DNA of 64,000 bases from a bacterium. GTDB lineage: Bacteria; Bacteroidota; Ignavibacteria; UBA10030. The stretch spans positions 32,001 to 96,000 of the forward strand of contig JAZDJN010000104.1 of the NCBI GenBank assembly GCA_043803945.1. The letters run 5' to 3'. Made by a program: the position numbers and the translations under genes. Below are positions 61,614 through 64,000 of this stretch, piece by piece. The notes under the pieces are model-generated. The model worked only from the letters and a program-made list of their open reading frames with translations, made no database searches and was not told the origin of the DNA. The number at the start of each line of letters is the position of its first letter. Within the stretch, counting starts at the first letter, position 1.

Positions 61614-61662
61614 GAAGTTTGAAGCTTAAGGTTTTATAGTTTAATGTTTAAGGGTTGATGTT
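61614..61662. repeat. 7-bp tandem array downstream of the four-helix-bundle gene
   Basis: GAAGTTT GAAGCTT AAGGTTT TATAGTT TAATGTT TAAGGGT TGATGTT. Confidence 0.65.
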
Positions 61663-62050
61663 ATTTAAATTTGTGACCCCTAATCGACGATTGTTTAAGA
61701 TAGGAAATGAAAGTATATATCTCTCCCGAGAGTCTTTCTGTGAGGGTCAAAAGAGTGTTAAAATATGTGCTCGTAATGTATTCTAAATCAAGTGCTACAT
61801 ATAGCTGCGACCGTACTTCCCCGCAAGAAGCTTTTGCTTGAAAAAGGTACTGCAAGAATTCTTTATATGAACCTCTCTCAAATCCCTCGGCAATATTTGA
61901 CATCACCGATACAGAAGCGCGTTAAATTTGATTGCACAAACCAAAATCGATTCTAAATGGTGTTCTCCCTGTTACTTGATAAATTTCTCGTACAAGATGT
62001 CTTGCCTCTTGCCAGACCCTCAATTCCTCAAACCTCTGAACCGTACTCAT
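61661..62050 (-). pseudogene. Four helix bundle protein (23S rRNA IVP family) with in-frame TAA
   Basis: MSTVQRFEELRVWQEAR...DFGLCNQI*RASVSVMSNIAEGFER...KASCGEVRSQLY; stop at 61922-61924; GGAGGAGG RBS. Confidence 0.88.
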
Positions 62051-62072
62051 AACCTCCTCCTATTCTTTAAAT

Positions 62073-62155
62073 AACCTTTAACCTGTAACCTGAAACCTTA
62101 AATCTGAAACCTTAAACCTGAAACTTCAGCCTGTAACTTTCAACATTCAACATTA
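62073..62155. repeat. 7-bp tandem array (AACCTKN, ~12 units)
   Basis: AACCTTT AACCTGT AACCTGA AACCTTA AATCTGA AACCTTA AACCTGA ... AACATTC AACATTA. Confidence 0.85.
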
Positions 62156-62176
62156 ATCACTCACCTCCACCTTCGC

Positions 62177-63802
<1,626 letters not shown>

Positions 63803-63870
63803 CTACCCGATCATTTAAAAATTCTAATTCGTACCTAAACTTCTATCTAAAAAGGAAAAATAATATTGGC

Positions 63871-63968
63871 ATCCCCGTCCCGACATGTCGAGACAATCGG
63901 CCTGCTTGCGTGACGAAGCAACTTCCGCCTGCACTTCGTTTCGGCGGACAGGTCGGCAGGCAGGGGAT
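63871..63968. repeat. Nested palindromic element upstream of pyrG
   Basis: ATCCCC...GGGGAT arms enclosing GTCCCGACATGTCGAGAC, CCGCC..TTCGGCGG and CCTGC..GGCAGGCAGG. Confidence 0.65.
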
Positions 63969-64000
63969 CTGGAAAACAGAAGATATATGATGCGAGACAC

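Noticed and set aside
61661-62050. DGR accessory Avd or 23S rRNA IVS
   Set aside because: No RT, TR/VR pair or rRNA sequence in the window
62073-62155. CRISPR array
   Set aside because: Contiguous 7-bp units without spacers; no cas genes and no repeat-spacer pattern anywhere in the window

Overview
Bacterial chromosomal window, probably from an Ignavibacteria-like member of the FCB/Bacteroidota group (inferred from sprA, porX, a T9SS C-terminal-domain protein and an S46 peptidase). 1-15.7 kb is a minus-strand surface-polysaccharide locus (GTs, wcaJ-like, wzy, wzx, wzz, wza, wecB, rfbB). 15.9-45.1 kb is mostly core genes (argS, rsfS, accD, tsaB, tsaE, porX, sprA, pdxH, lptF/G, recG), plus an operon of unknown function encoding two Ddl-like ATP-grasp ligases, a GNAT and a KamA. 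45.2-57.3 kb is the accessory region: a plus-strand integron-like cassette array with attC sites but no integrase in the window. It carries a truncated XamI-like REase fused to an N6-MTase, decayed cassettes, CDF/MFS transporters, Hsp20, and three consecutive cassettes with four predicted nucleases (Vsr/DUF559-like + HNH, NucS-like + PUA-like, HEPN). An IS110 remnant interrupts the last attC, and a ~80-bp promoter-like element occurs twice. The window ends with a transglutaminase-like gene, nested palindromic elements, an S46 peptidase, a four-helix-bundle pseudogene flanked by inverted 7-bp repeat arrays, and pyrG. No rRNA, tRNA or CRISPR array was seen. All protein calls are from motif recognition, without database searches.
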